Assembly: GCA_043228905.1 (NCBI GenBank)
Contig: JBHGNT010000017.1
Location: forward strand, 16,988,001 to 17,052,000
Length of the DNA: 64,000 bases
Direction of reading: 5' to 3'
Origin: Azolla caroliniana
Lineage: Eukaryota; Plantae; Polypodiophyta
Below, piece after piece: positions 1 through 11,883 of this stretch; position 1 is the first letter of the stretch, and each line of letters opens with the position of its first letter. The position numbers were made by a program, and so were the translations under genes. The notes below the pieces were generated by a model. It made no database searches and was not told the origin of the DNA. It was given only the letters and a program-made list of their open reading frames with translations.

Positions 1-1370
1 CCCCCGAGATACAAAGCCAGGATCGTGGTGAAGGGCGTGGACTTCGACGAGATATTTGCCCCGGTAGTAAAGATGACCTCCATCCGGACGGTGCTAAGTA
101 TAGCGGCAAGCATGGACCTCGAGGTAGAGCAGCTGGACGTGAAGACGACATTCCTTCACGGTGACCTCAAAGAGGAGATCTACATGCAGCAACCAGAAGG
201 ATTCGTGGAGAAAGGGAAGGAGCACCTGGTATGCCAATTGAAGAAGAGCTTGTACGGACTGAAGCAGGCTCCCCGAAAATGGTACCGGAAATTCGACTCC
301 TTCATGACCAATCAAGGGTACCACAAGACGTAGGCCGACCACTGCGTGTTTGTGAGGAAGTTCGAAGGAGGTGACTTCCTAATACTCCTTCTGTACGTGG
401 ATGACATGTTGATCGTCGGACGGGACCAAGCCAGAATACGGATGCTGAAGAAGGCTCTCAACCGAACTTTCGCAATGAAAGACTTGGGTTCAGCAAGACA
501 GATGCTGGGGATGCATATCATTCGGAACCGGCCAACGAAGCAATTGTGGCTGTCACAGGAGAAATACGTGACAAAGGTGCTTCAGCAGTTCAACATGTTA
601 GAAGCGAACCCGTTGGATCGACACCCCCGGCAAACTACAAATTATTCGGTAAGCAAAGCCTGAAGACGAAAACAGAGAAAGCTGATATGATGAAGGTTCC
701 ATATGCCTATGCCGTCGGGAGCTTAATGTACGCAATGGTGTGTACCCGACCGGATATAGGATACGTAGTCGGAGTGGTGAGCCGGTTTATGAGCAATCCC
801 GGCAAGGAGTACTGGAACACGGTCAAATGGATACTCCGGTACTTGAAGGGCACTTCGAACATGTGTCTCCGATTCAGCTCCGGTAAACCTCAACTTGACA
901 GTTTTACCGATTTGGACATGTCCGCTGATGTGGATACCGGCCGGTCTACATTCGGGTATGTAATGACATATGCAAGGGGAGTTGTTTCGTGGCAATCGAG
1001 GCTGCAAAAGACAGTTGCGTTATCAACCATGGAGGCGGAGTACATGGCGGCTGTGGAAGCCAGTAAGGAAATACTATGGATGAAGGACTTCATAGGAGAG
1101 CTCTGTATCCGGCAAGATGAATACCGGCTCTATTGCGACAGTCAAAGTGTCATCCACCTTGCTAAGAACGCAACGTGCCACTCCAGGACAAAGCACATCC
1201 AACGTAGGTATCACTGGATCCGGGAAAGAGTAGATGACCAAGAGTTCGCGTTGACGAAGATCCACACGACCGAGAACGGTTCAGATATGCTGACCAAAGT
1301 ACTGATACCCGACAAGCTGGATGCATGCTGGAAGCGGATCGGATTAGTAAGACATCCCATGCCGGAGTGA
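1..1370 (+). pseudogene. pol: Copia pol (RT + RNase H), disrupted by a stop and a frameshift
   Basis: Motifs EIFAPVVK, QLDVKTTFLHG, KSLYGLKQAPR, LYVDDML, RPDI and RTKHI, split over ORFs 25-333, 346-663 and 546-1370. Confidence 0.92.
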
Positions 1371-1439
1371 AGGGGGAGTTTGTTAGAAAATAGGTCCCTC
1401 TCGGATGCGAAGTGAGAAGAACAGTACTAATGAGCAAAC

Positions 1440-1712
1440 TCGGCCGAAACCGGATGTGGTGTACCCGGCAACAGAAGACCCGGTGAGAACCGGTTGACAA
1501 GTACCCGGCCAGAGCCGGATGGTGAAGACCCGGTGAGAACTGGATATGGAGTACCCGGCTACGGAAGACCCGGTGAGAACCGGATGACGTGTGCCCGACA
1601 AGCGCCGGATGATGTAGGCCCGGTGAGAACCGGATGTGGAGTACCCGGCTATGGAAGACCTGGTGAGAACCGGATGACATGTGCTTGGCAAGCGCCGGAT
1701 GATGCAGGCCCG
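1440..1712 (+). repeat. Tandem repeats in the Copia LTR U3 region (GAAGACCCGGTGAGAACCGGATG units)
   Basis: About 6 recurrences of CCCGGTGAGAAC. The homologous LTR has fewer copies, at 61800-61910. Confidence 0.85.
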
Positions 1713-1804
1713 ATGAGGAGTGCTCACCAGATAAAGGGACATATTCATAAATATGTTTCTGAGAGTCCATCGGGGCTATATTTGTAAATAGACGAAAAGT
1801 CATA

Positions 1805-2300
1805 TCAGTTACGAGGTTCAGTGACTCGAGCATTGATGCTTTGACTCGTTGGGAGATGGCAAGTTCTCGTTCAAACGCGTCCTGAGCTTGTTGTAATTAC
1901 GCGATAGTTGTGGAATCGGCCTCGTCTTGGGGAAGTGAATCTGTCGTGACATCCTCGTCTGGTGGTGTGTTGAAGGCTGAGATGACGTTTATTTCGAAGA
2001 GGGGTATGATAGTGGGATGATCTTCCAGGAAAGTCATCCACCTCTTCGTCGGCTAACCCTTAAAGCATGTGTACCCCTTCCGCGTATAAGGGTGTGGTTA
2101 GGCGTTCTTCTGTTATTATCCGTACCTTGGTCTTCCCCCGGTGGAAAGAGATCATATTTCGCTGCCAATGTTGCTTAATATTTGTTGTGCGCAGCCAAGG
2201 TCGGCCAAGCAGCATTGGGTAGGCGCCCGAAGCTTTGAGGCGTAACATGACTGCCGAGATAGTGAACATGTGGCCTCCTAACGTGAAGTCGAGGTGGCAT
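1805..2300 (-). pseudogene. Ty3/gypsy protease-to-RT linker fragment, related to Gypsy C/D; possibly the distal part of element F
   Basis: GAYPMLLGRPWLRTTNIKQHWQ matches GAYPLLLGRPWLRTAHIKQNWQ in ORF 35565-37220. Confidence 0.8.
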
Positions 2301-3030
2301 GTCCACTTTTAGTTGCATGGCCTCTACTTTTAGTTGCATGCTTCCATTTTTAGTTGCATGCCTTTTACTTTTAGTTGCATGCGGCCATCCGTATAATTCG
2401 GTCAAATGACCCAATCATCCATAAAGTTTAGCGCGTGCACAATCCGTACGTGCGTCGCAACCAAACCGTAAACGAGTCTGCGCGCAAAAGTCCTAACCGT
2501 GTAGTGTACGCATCCACGCATGCGCGCGTCCCAACCACACCGTGTACGCGTCCGCGCGCTCGTCCGCACACATGCATCTGTCCGAAATGTACGCGTATGC
2601 ACGAAACGTGCACACACATGTACATCCGAAAACGTCCACGCGGCCATTCACACACGCATATGCCCAAAAGCATCGACACAGCCATGCATACGCACGTACG
2701 CCCGAAGCATGCACACCACACAATGTAGCCCAAGTCACCTTGAACATTCAGTGCTCCACACATTGATAGAATGAATATGTTTCAGTTTCACTTATATATC
2801 CTCAGTTCCAATGTTGTCCTATCTATGTGGGATATCTCACAGTTTTTTCTTTTCTTTTTTTTCTTCAAACTTCATACTCACATAACTTGATGCTTGTTTA
2901 TCCGTTTCATGCGTAGTAAAATATGTTATGAAGCTCTTGAAGACATCTATTTTCCCATATCAATCCATATAGCTAATCTTAAATACTTATTTTACTAGTT
3001 TTCATATCGTGTGTGAAAAACCACAGGACA
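2300..3030 (-). repeat. Truncated 3' LTR of the tRNA-Trp element
   Basis: Colinear with 11070-11883. Contains TTTTAGTTGCATG ~20-bp tandems and a purine-pyrimidine-alternating-rich tract. Confidence 0.88.
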
Positions 3031-3277
3031 TTCACCCCCACCAAACTTGCACATCCATCGGTATGTGCCAATTATAGTGAGGTTCCTTTTTTTATTATTC
3101 TACTTCATCGATGTTTCTTCTTTATACCCAAACTGCCGTTGCCATCCGATCCACCATATTCTTCGCTCACTCTTTGCATTTCCGTGGCTAGTTGCCATGG
3201 CTCCTTTTCTCCCGTAGAGCATAATGCTTCATGCTTTGTGCATGTGCCACCTTCATCTCAACCATCTCCTTGGTCAT

Positions 3278-4483
3278 CTAACTTTCTTTTATCATCCTTT
3301 CTTGTTCCATGCATCCATGCATGCCTTTTGAAGGCCTTATTAGAATACTATTGTTGGATCCTCTTAGTGGTCCATTATTCAACTGCATACTCACCTCTAG
3401 GTCATTAAGTGACCTCATTTGATGCTTCCCATTTTTTCTACTTTCGTGGTATACTTTGGAGTAGACCATGACTTCCTTGTTGCACACACTAGCTTCAACC
3501 CTTGCTTCCTCGCCGACACCATCCTTCTCTTGGGTCTTACATTGGTTAATGCCCAAGTCTCTCAAACGAGTGTAGGGGGATTTATACGATTTTGTAGTTT
3601 GCCATTGCCTTTGTCGTGCTACCCTTAGCCACTTCCACCTTATGGTTGTTCGCATTGGCTTTGATCTTTGCTTCTTCACCACCACCTTTCGTCTCTTGGG
3701 TCTTACATAGGTTAATGCCCAAGTCTCACGAACTTTTGTGGGGAAAGTCTCTTCATCATCGTCGTCTACCCTTTTCATCTTGACGTCTCCCTCTTCTTCG
3801 CATGTGTTAGCTTCGGCCTTCACTTCCTCGCCGTCACCTTCCGTCTCTTGGGTCTCACGTTTGCTTTCTGACGCATCTGCCCAAGTCTCTGGAACAAGTG
3901 TGGAAAAAGTCTTGACAAGGCCATCCGTCATTGACTCGTCCATAGCCACCTCTGACTCGGTGTCATTTTTCGTGGCTATCTCCTCAATCATGTCGGCCTC
4001 ACACTTTTTATCTCCCTTGATCATGCAAGCTTTGCTCATGCTTGCACCTTCATCACATGATGTTTTAGACACGATGCGTGTTCCAAAACATTTGTCCTCA
4101 CTTGAAGTGGCATTCACCACCCTTGATTCATTGGTTTCATTCTTCATCATTGTTTCTTTGCAAGACGAGAAGGCGTCTTGTTCCACACCTTCTCCCGTGG
4201 TGTTGTCATACCGAACTTGGGCCTTCGTATTAGTCATATCATTACTCCACCTTTGTTGGGAGGTCTCCTCTTCCTTGATAACCATTTTAATCGGTTTTGG
4301 TTCCATTATAAGATTCCCTTTGGCTTCGACTTGCACCTTTAAATTCTCATATGCCTCGTTTATGAAGGCCTCTATGTCGAGTACTATCGAACCTTCCCTC
4401 TTCAAGCTTTCTTCTTTAGACGGTAGTTTGAAGTTGCGTCCTGTCCTCCTTTCACCTTCCCTCATGGGTTGTGTTGTTATCAA
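3278..4483 (-). CDS. Acidic low-complexity internal ORF of the non-autonomous element, function unknown
   Basis: 401-aa open frame between the gag-like ORF and the PPT. E/K-rich, with no recognisable PR, RT or IN motifs. Confidence 0.5.
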   Translation of the reverse strand: MITTQPMREGERRTGRNFKLPSKEESLKREGSIVLDIEAFINEAYENLKVQVEAKGNLIMEPKPIKMVIKEEETSQQRWSNDMTNTKAQVRYDNTTGEGVEQDAFSSCKETMMKNETNESRVVNATSSEDKCFGTRIVSKTSCDEGASMSKACMIKGDKKCEADMIEEIATKNDTESEVAMDESMTDGLVKTFSTLVPETWADASESKRETQETEGDGEEVKAEANTCEEEGDVKMKRVDDDDEETFPTKVRETWALTYVRPKRRKVVVKKQRSKPMRTTIRWKWLRVARQRQWQTTKSYKSPYTRLRDLGINQCKTQEKDGVGEEARVEASVCNKEVMVYSKVYHESRKNGKHQMRSLNDLEVSMQLNNGPLRGSNNSILIRPSKGMHGCMEQERMIKES

Positions 4484-4495
4484 TGAGAATCTTGT

Positions 4496-4900
4496 CTACC
4501 TCTTATCGTGTAGTTGACATACTATTTCCACTTTCGTCCAATCCTCTGTGAGGCCATTTGCACCATCATCATCCTCAAGTCGGATTCCAATGGCCTTCCT
4601 TTTCTTCCAATCGATTGGCTTCACAAACATTAGAACTTTATCCACCCCCACCAATCTTTGATCCTGCTCCGAGAGTTGTGCAAACCGACACTTGAACTCA
4701 ACGAAAGCATGCATGGCACTTTGGTGGGTCTTTAATGATGATACCCATTCGTCAAACTCGTATAGTTTGCATCTCTTTGGGTCTTTGTATCCCGCTTCGT
4801 TGATAAAAGCCTCTCGATCTCTCGCCTTGAGCATGATTTCTACGATGGACACGATTCCTTTCATCAATTCTTCTCCTTGAGTTCCGCTTGTCGAAGCCAT
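4496..4900 (-). pseudogene. gag: gag-like ORF (MASTSGTQ...)
   Basis: EFKCRFAQLSEQDQ..DKVLMFVKPID..GIRLEDDDG aligns with EYEQRFDLLPALDK..SKVLLFIKSVD..GLLLENDEG of the gag at 56309-56917. The ATG lies just after the PBS once Copia A is removed. Confidence 0.75.
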
Positions 4901-4916
4901 CTTTACACTTGATATC

Positions 4917-7900
4917 TGTAGAAACAAATAGCGTGCGGAAGCAATAGAAAACAGAAAACAGAAAACATGTTTAATGAAGAGCTTAATAGTACGCAAGAGA
5001 CACAGAGACAGAGAGAGAGCACACAGAAACTCAATTCAAAAAATACTACTCAGTCTGTACATCGTATGTGTTCAGTGAACACTTTTATACAAGTCCGTCC
5101 GGACTGACAGAAGTACGGTGTACTTCAATGCTCACACGAGCGTCTAATAGTAACTACGAGATATTAACTCCCTAGTAGACTAGCTGCTACTTGGCTTCCG
5201 GTTACTACTTGATCCAGCTAACCGGCTCCTTAGCTCACCGGCTCACCGATCTGGCTCAGGCTTATTCAGCCGATCTGGATTCGGTTGAGCTTACCGCTCA
5301 ACACTCCCCCTCAAGCTCAATTTGAGGTCGGATCGTAGTGTCAGTCTCTATGGTAGTTCATCCTTCCACCTGGCTCCTTCTGGCGTCACTCTGCCTCACT
5401 CGCGCTCCTCATCCGGTCTGGTCCCGTTTGCTGTGACCCTTCTGTTCCTACGCATCTCGACTTCCTTGGTCGGCTTGTCTGCTCAACAGGCCCAATTCAG
5501 CTCCCTCATTGTTGTGACTTTGGCTTTTGCCGATTCGCCGATCCCTTTGTGTTGGCGTCGACTTTTGCTGCCTTCTTGGCCTCTTGGCCTTGAATTGATC
5601 CGGTTCTTCCGAATCCTTCTGTAGAATCGAATCGGTTGTCTCCGATTCGTTCCAGCTCTTGTCTGAATCGGTTGCTCCCGATTCGTCTTCTGGTTCCAGG
5701 CCCTTCACCACATCGGACCATGTCCGGGTCTTGGCCTTCTTCTTCCGGTCGGCTCTGTCCTTCTTGACTCTGCCTCCGCTGCCACTTATTCCGACTTGTT
5801 CAGATGTGTCAACTTCCTTTGTCGACTCGGCCCCTTTCTTCTTCCTGTCTCTCCCCTTGTAGGTTCTTCCCCCATGGGCGCAATCGGCAGTCTCTTTGGC
5901 TTTGCCCGTTCCGGTGGTGTCTTTGCCTATTCTCCCCCTCAAGTGTGGCACATCGAGACGTTGAACACCAAGCATTTTGGTGAAGTGCTACAACTTGTCC
6001 AATCCGAACGGTTTGGTGAAGATGTCGGCAACTTGCCGATCCGTATGAATATACCAAAGTTTGACTTCATCGCTCAGGACACGCTCATGCACGAAGTGGT
6101 AGTGCACTTCGATGTTCTTTGTGCGAGCATGGAATACGGGGTTCTTGGTGAGCTGCATGTTGCTTATGTTATCGCAGTAGATCAGGATCAGGGTCGGCAC
6201 CTCAATCCGCAGGTCTTGCAGTAGTCGTCGAAGCCAAATGGCTTCACAGGTGGCAACACTAGCGCCCCGGTATTCAACCTCAATGCTCGATACAGCGACT
6301 GTTGGCTGCTTTTTGCTGCTCCACACAACAGCCGCGCTACCAAGGGAAAACATATAGCCGGAAGTGGAACGGCGATCGGATGCATCGCCGACCCAGTCGG
6401 CATCCGTGTAGCCGACTAGCTCTTCGGTCATACCTCGTCGGTATAACAGTCCCCGGTCCTTCGTGCCGCTCACATACCACAGTATTCGGTGCACGCACTG
6501 AAGATGCTCGACGGTCAGCTTCTGCATGAATTGACTAATCACACCGACCGGATAGCTGATGTCGGGTTAGGTGATGGTCAAATATATAACGCTTCTGACA
6601 ATTTGTCGAAACCATTTCTCATCGCATGCCGGTCCGGAGTTGGGACGGAGCTTCTGTTGCTGGTCCAAGGGTGTAGAAATAGGGCGGCATTCCGTCATGC
6701 CGAACTTGTACAACATATTCAACACATAGTGTCTTTGTGAGAGCAATATGCCATCGGGGGTTTGGATCACCTCGATCCCAAGGAAATAGTGAAGGTCCCC
6801 CAGGTCCTTCATCTCAAATGCGTCCGACAGCTGCGACTTGACTCGACTGATTTCATGGAGTCTGGGTCCGGTGATGACTAGATCATCAACATACAGCAAG
6901 ATGCAAACCGGACCGTCTAGACCTTGCCGGATGAACAAAGAGTCGGACTTGGAGGCCGCAAACCCCAACTTACGCAACCGGTGCGTAATCTTTGCATTCC
7001 AAACTCGGGGGGCTTGCTTCAAGCCATAAAGTGACTTCTTTAGCCGGCATACAACTGACTTGTTCATCTCCGACTGAAAACTAGGAAGTTGGGTCATAAA
7101 GACCTCTTCTTCTAGATCTCCTTGAAGAAATGCATTCTTCACGTCCATCTGGTGAAGATGCCACTCCCTTGCCGTAGCAACCGCCAGCACCACACGAACC
7201 GTCGTCATCTTCGCTACCGAAGCGAAGGTCTCGTCATAGTCGAATCCATGGGTCTACGCATATCCATTTGCCACTAACCGGGCCTTGTACCAGTTAACTG
7301 AACCATCGGCATTGTACTTTACCTTCTATACCCACTTGCATCTGATCGGTTTACTGTGACGGTGAGGGTCAACCAAGTCCCATGTATCGTTGGCATCAAG
7401 TGCCCGCATCTCTTCCTCCATAGGGCACGCCAATTTGCATCCCTTGCTGCTTCTGCGTAGCTCTCCGGCTCACGCACTTCTGCCACTTGGGTCATGTACG
7501 CATAGTGATGCGCCATGTACTCATTGTACCCGTACCTCTTGTCAGGTTCCTTCTGGCGGGTTGACCAACGTAACCCACCGTTACCCGGTTTGAGGCCCTT
7601 CTTGGCCGGTTCGGTCTTCGGTGCCGAAGAGCCGTCATTTTCCTTTCCGGAGTTGGATCCGCTCTGATCCGACTCATCAATACCGGTTTCATAATCTGAC
7701 ATCTTCTTCTTCCCCTTCTCTTTGCGCGTGAACCATCTCCTCGGTTCCTTGCACGGGGAGAGCACGGTAGAGTCTTCACTACTCGCCGGTTTCTCTTCGG
7801 ACTGGTCGGATTGACCCAGTCTCTCGTTCGGCCCACTCAACCGAAATGATTCCTGACTCTCTTCTGGAGTCCCAGATTTAGCATCTTCTATCGGGACCGG

Positions 7901-10555
7901 TTCAGGGTCACTAGCCTCATCCTCCGATATCGGGTCGCGGTCGGAAGTCGGAGCCGGTAAGGCATACCATGATGCCGTCTCATCAAACTCAACATCGCGG
8001 CTAACTCAGACCTGCTTCGTCCGGGGGTTATAACACTTATACCCCATTTTCTCATGTGAGTAGCCGACGAGGATGCACTTCTCCGATTTTGCATCCAGCT
8101 TCCTCTGCTTCTCATCCGGCACATGCACATATGCTATGCTGCCGAAAATCCGAAGGTGTCTCAAATTCGGCTTGCGCCCGAAATACAACTCATGCACGGA
8201 CACATTGTCACCGATCCGGTTTTGGATGTAGACGGCCATCCGGACCGCCTCCGCCCAGTAGAAATGGGGCATGCTCTTCTCTTCCAGCATTGCCCTTGCC
8301 GCGTCAACAAGTGACCGGTTCTTCCTTTCGGCCACACCGTTTTGCTCCGGTGTCTATCTACAACTAAACTCTCTCTAAATTCCCGTTGAATTGGCCTGAA
8401 AAATATTATTTTCCACAATCGGACTGTAAGCTCTTGATCTTCCTCTCCAATTCCCGTTCCACCATGGTTTGGAGGTTCCGGAAATAGTCGAAGACTTCGC
8501 TCTTCCGCTCAATGAGGGAGATCCATGTGTGCCGGCTATAGTCGTCAATGAAGGAGACGAAGTATCGACTCCTGCCAAGACTCACATTCTATGCCGGTCC
8601 CCATACATCCGAATGAATAAGCTCGAGCTTGTTACAACTACGGTTTCGTTTGGTGGGGAATGGAAACCGGTGTTGCTTCCCGAGTTGGCAGGCTTCACAT
8701 ACTTGGGCCTTCCGGCCACTGAACTTCTACAAACTGAAAACAACTTGTTTCGTTTGCAGGTCTTGAAGCCTCCAGTAATTAACGTGGCCGATCCACTTGT
8801 GCCAGAGATTGATGTCCGATTCAATCTTCTGTCATTTGGTGAACAAAGTGGTGTCGACGTCATTGGTGTCGTGGATGAACATCCTCCCGTCTCTGCGTCA
8901 TTGGTGTCGTGGTCAACGATCTCTCCAATGGACACCAAGTTCTTCGTGATAGTCGAAACCGGTAATACGTTCATCAGCTTCCCCCTCTGTCCGACGTGGC
9001 TCAAACGGACTTCACCGATATGCACGATTGGGTGAGGAGTGTCGTCTTCGGTTTCGATAACTCCCGGTTGTTCCAGTTTCTTTAGGAAGGAGAACCACTC
9101 TTTGTGGTTCTTCATGTGATTTGATGCACCGGAATCAACGTACCACACTTCCTCCGATTTGGAAGTGGTCTTCTTCATCAAATTTGCCTCGTGCTTCATC
9201 ACCAAGCCTGACCCCTTACTGGTCTTCCCGGTTCCGGATCCTTTCGATCCTTGCGCGTAGTGCAAGCTTTGCCGATTCAGATCCAAATCTGTCCGAATCA
9301 GCGTGCTTCTTCCAGCACTCACTTTCTCTATGGCCCTTTTTGCCACAGTACTAGCATTTCGTGGCGGATTTGTCTTGCCAGTCTCCAGCGCCACCTTGAC
9401 TCCCCCTGGTTCTGGAGGTCCCGAAACTACTGTCGACACGGTCTCTATGCCGTCGGTCTTGCCCTTGCTGGCTGCCTCCATTGCGTGCCGACCCGCCTCG
9501 TCCACCACGCCCACGGGGCCGATCTGCCTCCATGAACAACATTCGGTTGTCGGTGGGTGTACTTGTTGACGCATCAGCGTGGTTCTCCTCTACAAGGAGC
9601 ATCGACTGTAAGTCGAAAAATGACGGTGTATTCTCCCTCGTACGTATTGTTGTTTGGAAAGCTCAGAACTTAGGCGCCAGGCCCCCAAGAAAGAATTGTA
9701 CCATCTCGTCTTCCTCTATAGTGACGTTGATATAGGCAAGCGAGTCACAGATCTCTTTGATTTGGGCCGTGTAATCTGCCACCAACATGTCCTTCTGTTG
9801 GACATTGCTCAACTCTTGTCGGAGTTGCAGCTTCCGGGCTGTAGTGCTTGCGTCGAACACCTTCTTCTGGTTTCCCCAAGCCTCTTTCAGCGTCTTGGTA
9901 TCTCGGACGTGGTTCAATAGCTAGTCCCCGACACTGGACACAAAGCAGTACATCACTTTGCTTGCCGATTGTTCCCACACCGGGAAGTCCTTGTGTGCCG
10001 CATCAGGTGCTGTGTCATTAGCTCCATCGACATAGCTCTAGTAACCATGCCCAAGCAAGTACTGGTGCATCTTGTATGACCAAGATGCGTAGTTGGATCT
10101 ATCGAGCTTCTCCACCGGGAGCGAGCTAGCCATTCCTCTATCCATTTGTTTTTTTTCTGTTCTTTACAAAGGTTAGGTTTTCTTCTTGTAAAAGCGAATG
10201 TAGCCTGTAGAGGTTCTCAACCCTCGCGCTCTGATACCATGTAGAAACAAATAGCATGCGGAAGCAATAGAAAACACAAAGCAGAAAACAGGTTTAATGG
10301 AGAGCTTAACAGTACACAGGAGAGACAGAGACAAAGAGAGAGTACATAGAAACTCAATTCCAAAAATACTACTCAGTCTGTACATCGTATGTGTTCAGTG
10401 AACACGAGCGTCTAACACTAACTACGAGATATTAACTCCCTAGTAGACTAGCTGCTACTTGGCTTCCGGTTACTGCTTGATCCAGCGCACCGGCTCACCG
10501 ATCCAGCTCAGGCTTATTCATCCGATCCGGATCTGGTTGTGCTTGCCACTCAACA
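4917..10555 (-). mobile_element. Full-length Ty1/copia element A (degenerate)
   Basis: LTRs at 4917-5303 and 10240-10555. TSD ATATC at 4912-4916 and 10556-10560. tRNA-iMet PBS at 10228-10239. PPT at 5304-5314. Confidence 0.97.
5448..10133 (-). pseudogene. gag-pol: Copia gag-pol (gag, PR, IN, RT, RNase H and a basic tail), with multiple stops and frameshifts
   Basis: Motifs WYVDSGASNHM, AERKNRSL, HQMDVKNAFL, LYVDDL and YTDADW. Confidence 0.93.
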
Positions 10556-10576
10556 ATATCCTCCCTTCCGCCTCTT

Positions 10577-10593
10577 TCACGTCGGGTTCACCA
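10577..10593 (-). promoter_or_regulatory. Primer-binding site complementary to the tRNA-Trp 3' end
   Basis: Minus strand reads TGGTGAACCCGACGTGA, the complement of the plant tRNA-Trp(CCA) end TCACGTCGGGTTCA-CCA as I recall it. Confidence 0.85.
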
Positions 10594-10601
10594 CCTAATT
10601 A

Positions 10602-11883
10602 TGTCGTGAAAATCCGTCACTATGTGCGGATTGCGGGGTGGAACCGCCAGGGTTTTGGACTAGAAGGATTTAGTGCAACACGTACAACACAAGCAAAATT
10701 CACATATAAGACGAGTAAATGGGAGAAAATGTTCGTTTATAGCATAAGAAAGTAAATTCTTTTATTATTCAAGAATCTTGTTACAACGGGTTGAAGATGA
10801 AAATGAGAGATAAATTTTTTTAAAGAAAGGAGCCAACAATTATGTAAGGAGTGGTCCAATATGAATATGAGAGATAATTTTTGACAAGAAAGATTGAGCA
10901 AGCCAAGCCAAGAGTTGGATATCAATCTGAGAGATAATTTGTTCCCCAAGGAAGTGGGAGAGAGAAGAAGAAGAAGGAAGAGGAAAAACAAAAAAAGTAG
11001 AGGCAAAAAAATGGAACATATATTATGCTCTTTGTTGATCCTCCTTCCCAATGTTACTTTGCATGGCCTCTATTTTTAGTTGCTTTCATTTTTAGTTGCA
11101 TGCCTTTTACTTTTAGTTGCATGGCCTTGGCTTTTAGTTGCATGCGACCTTCCATATAATTTGGCCAAATGACCCAATCATCTATAAAGTTTAGCCCGTG
11201 CGCAATCCGTACGTGCATCACAACCAAACCGTAGACACGTCCACGCGCAAAAGTCCCGACCGCATACTGTACGCATCCACGCATGTGCATGTCCCACCTG
11301 CACCGTGTACACATCCGTGCGCAAAAGTCCCGACCGTGCCACATTGTACACATCCACGGCTGCACCGTGTATGCATCCGCGTGCTCGTCCGCACACACGC
11401 GTCCGTTCGAAACGTCCACGCGTACGCCCGAAACTTGCACACGCGCGTACATTCGAAGACGTCCATGCACGCGTATGCCCGAAAATGTCCTCGCGGCGAT
11501 GCACATGCGCGTACGGCTAAAGCGTTAACATGGTCGTGCATACGCGCATATGCCCGAAGCGTGCACACCACACAATGTAGCCCAAGTCACCTTGAACATT
11601 TTGTGCTCCACACATTGATAGAATGAATATGTTTTGGTTTCCCTTATATATCCTAGGTTCCAATGTTGTCCTATCTATGTGGGATATCTCACACTTGTGT
11701 CTTTTCTTTCTTCTTTTTCAAACATTACACTCACATAACTTGATACTAGTTTATCCGTTTCATGCGTAGTAAAATACGTTATGAAGCTCTTGAAGATATC
11801 TATTTTCCCATATCAATCCATATAGCTAATCTTAAATACTTATTTTACTAGTTTTCATATCGTGTGTGAAAAACGACACGACA
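10602..11883 (-). repeat. 5' LTR of the tRNA-Trp element (~1.28 kb)
   Basis: TG...CA termini with TGTCGTG/CACGACA inverted ends, adjacent to the PBS. Confidence 0.88.

Larger units (their letters stand above)
1..1804 (+). mobile_element. 3' part of a Ty1/copia LTR retrotransposon (Tork/Tnt1-like), with a truncated 3' LTR
   Basis: RT and RNase H coding region, then PPT GAGTGAAGGGGGAG (~1365-1378), then an LTR starting TGTTAG at 1381. The LTR matches the LTR at 61769 up to AAAAGTCATA (1804). Confidence 0.92.
2300..11883 (-). mobile_element. Non-autonomous tRNA-Trp-primed Gypsy-type LTR element, interrupted by Copia A
   Basis: 5' LTR at 10602-11883 (TGTCGTG...CACGACA), PBS at 10577-10593, gag-like and acidic ORFs, PPT GTTTGGTGGGGGTGAA (3031-3046, minus strand) and a truncated 3' LTR at ~2300-3030. 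No pol motifs. Confidence 0.85.

Noticed and set aside
2402-2774. Overlapping short ORFs rich in R/T/H/C (also 11054-11626)
   Set aside because: They are by-products of the stop-poor repetitive LTR tract.
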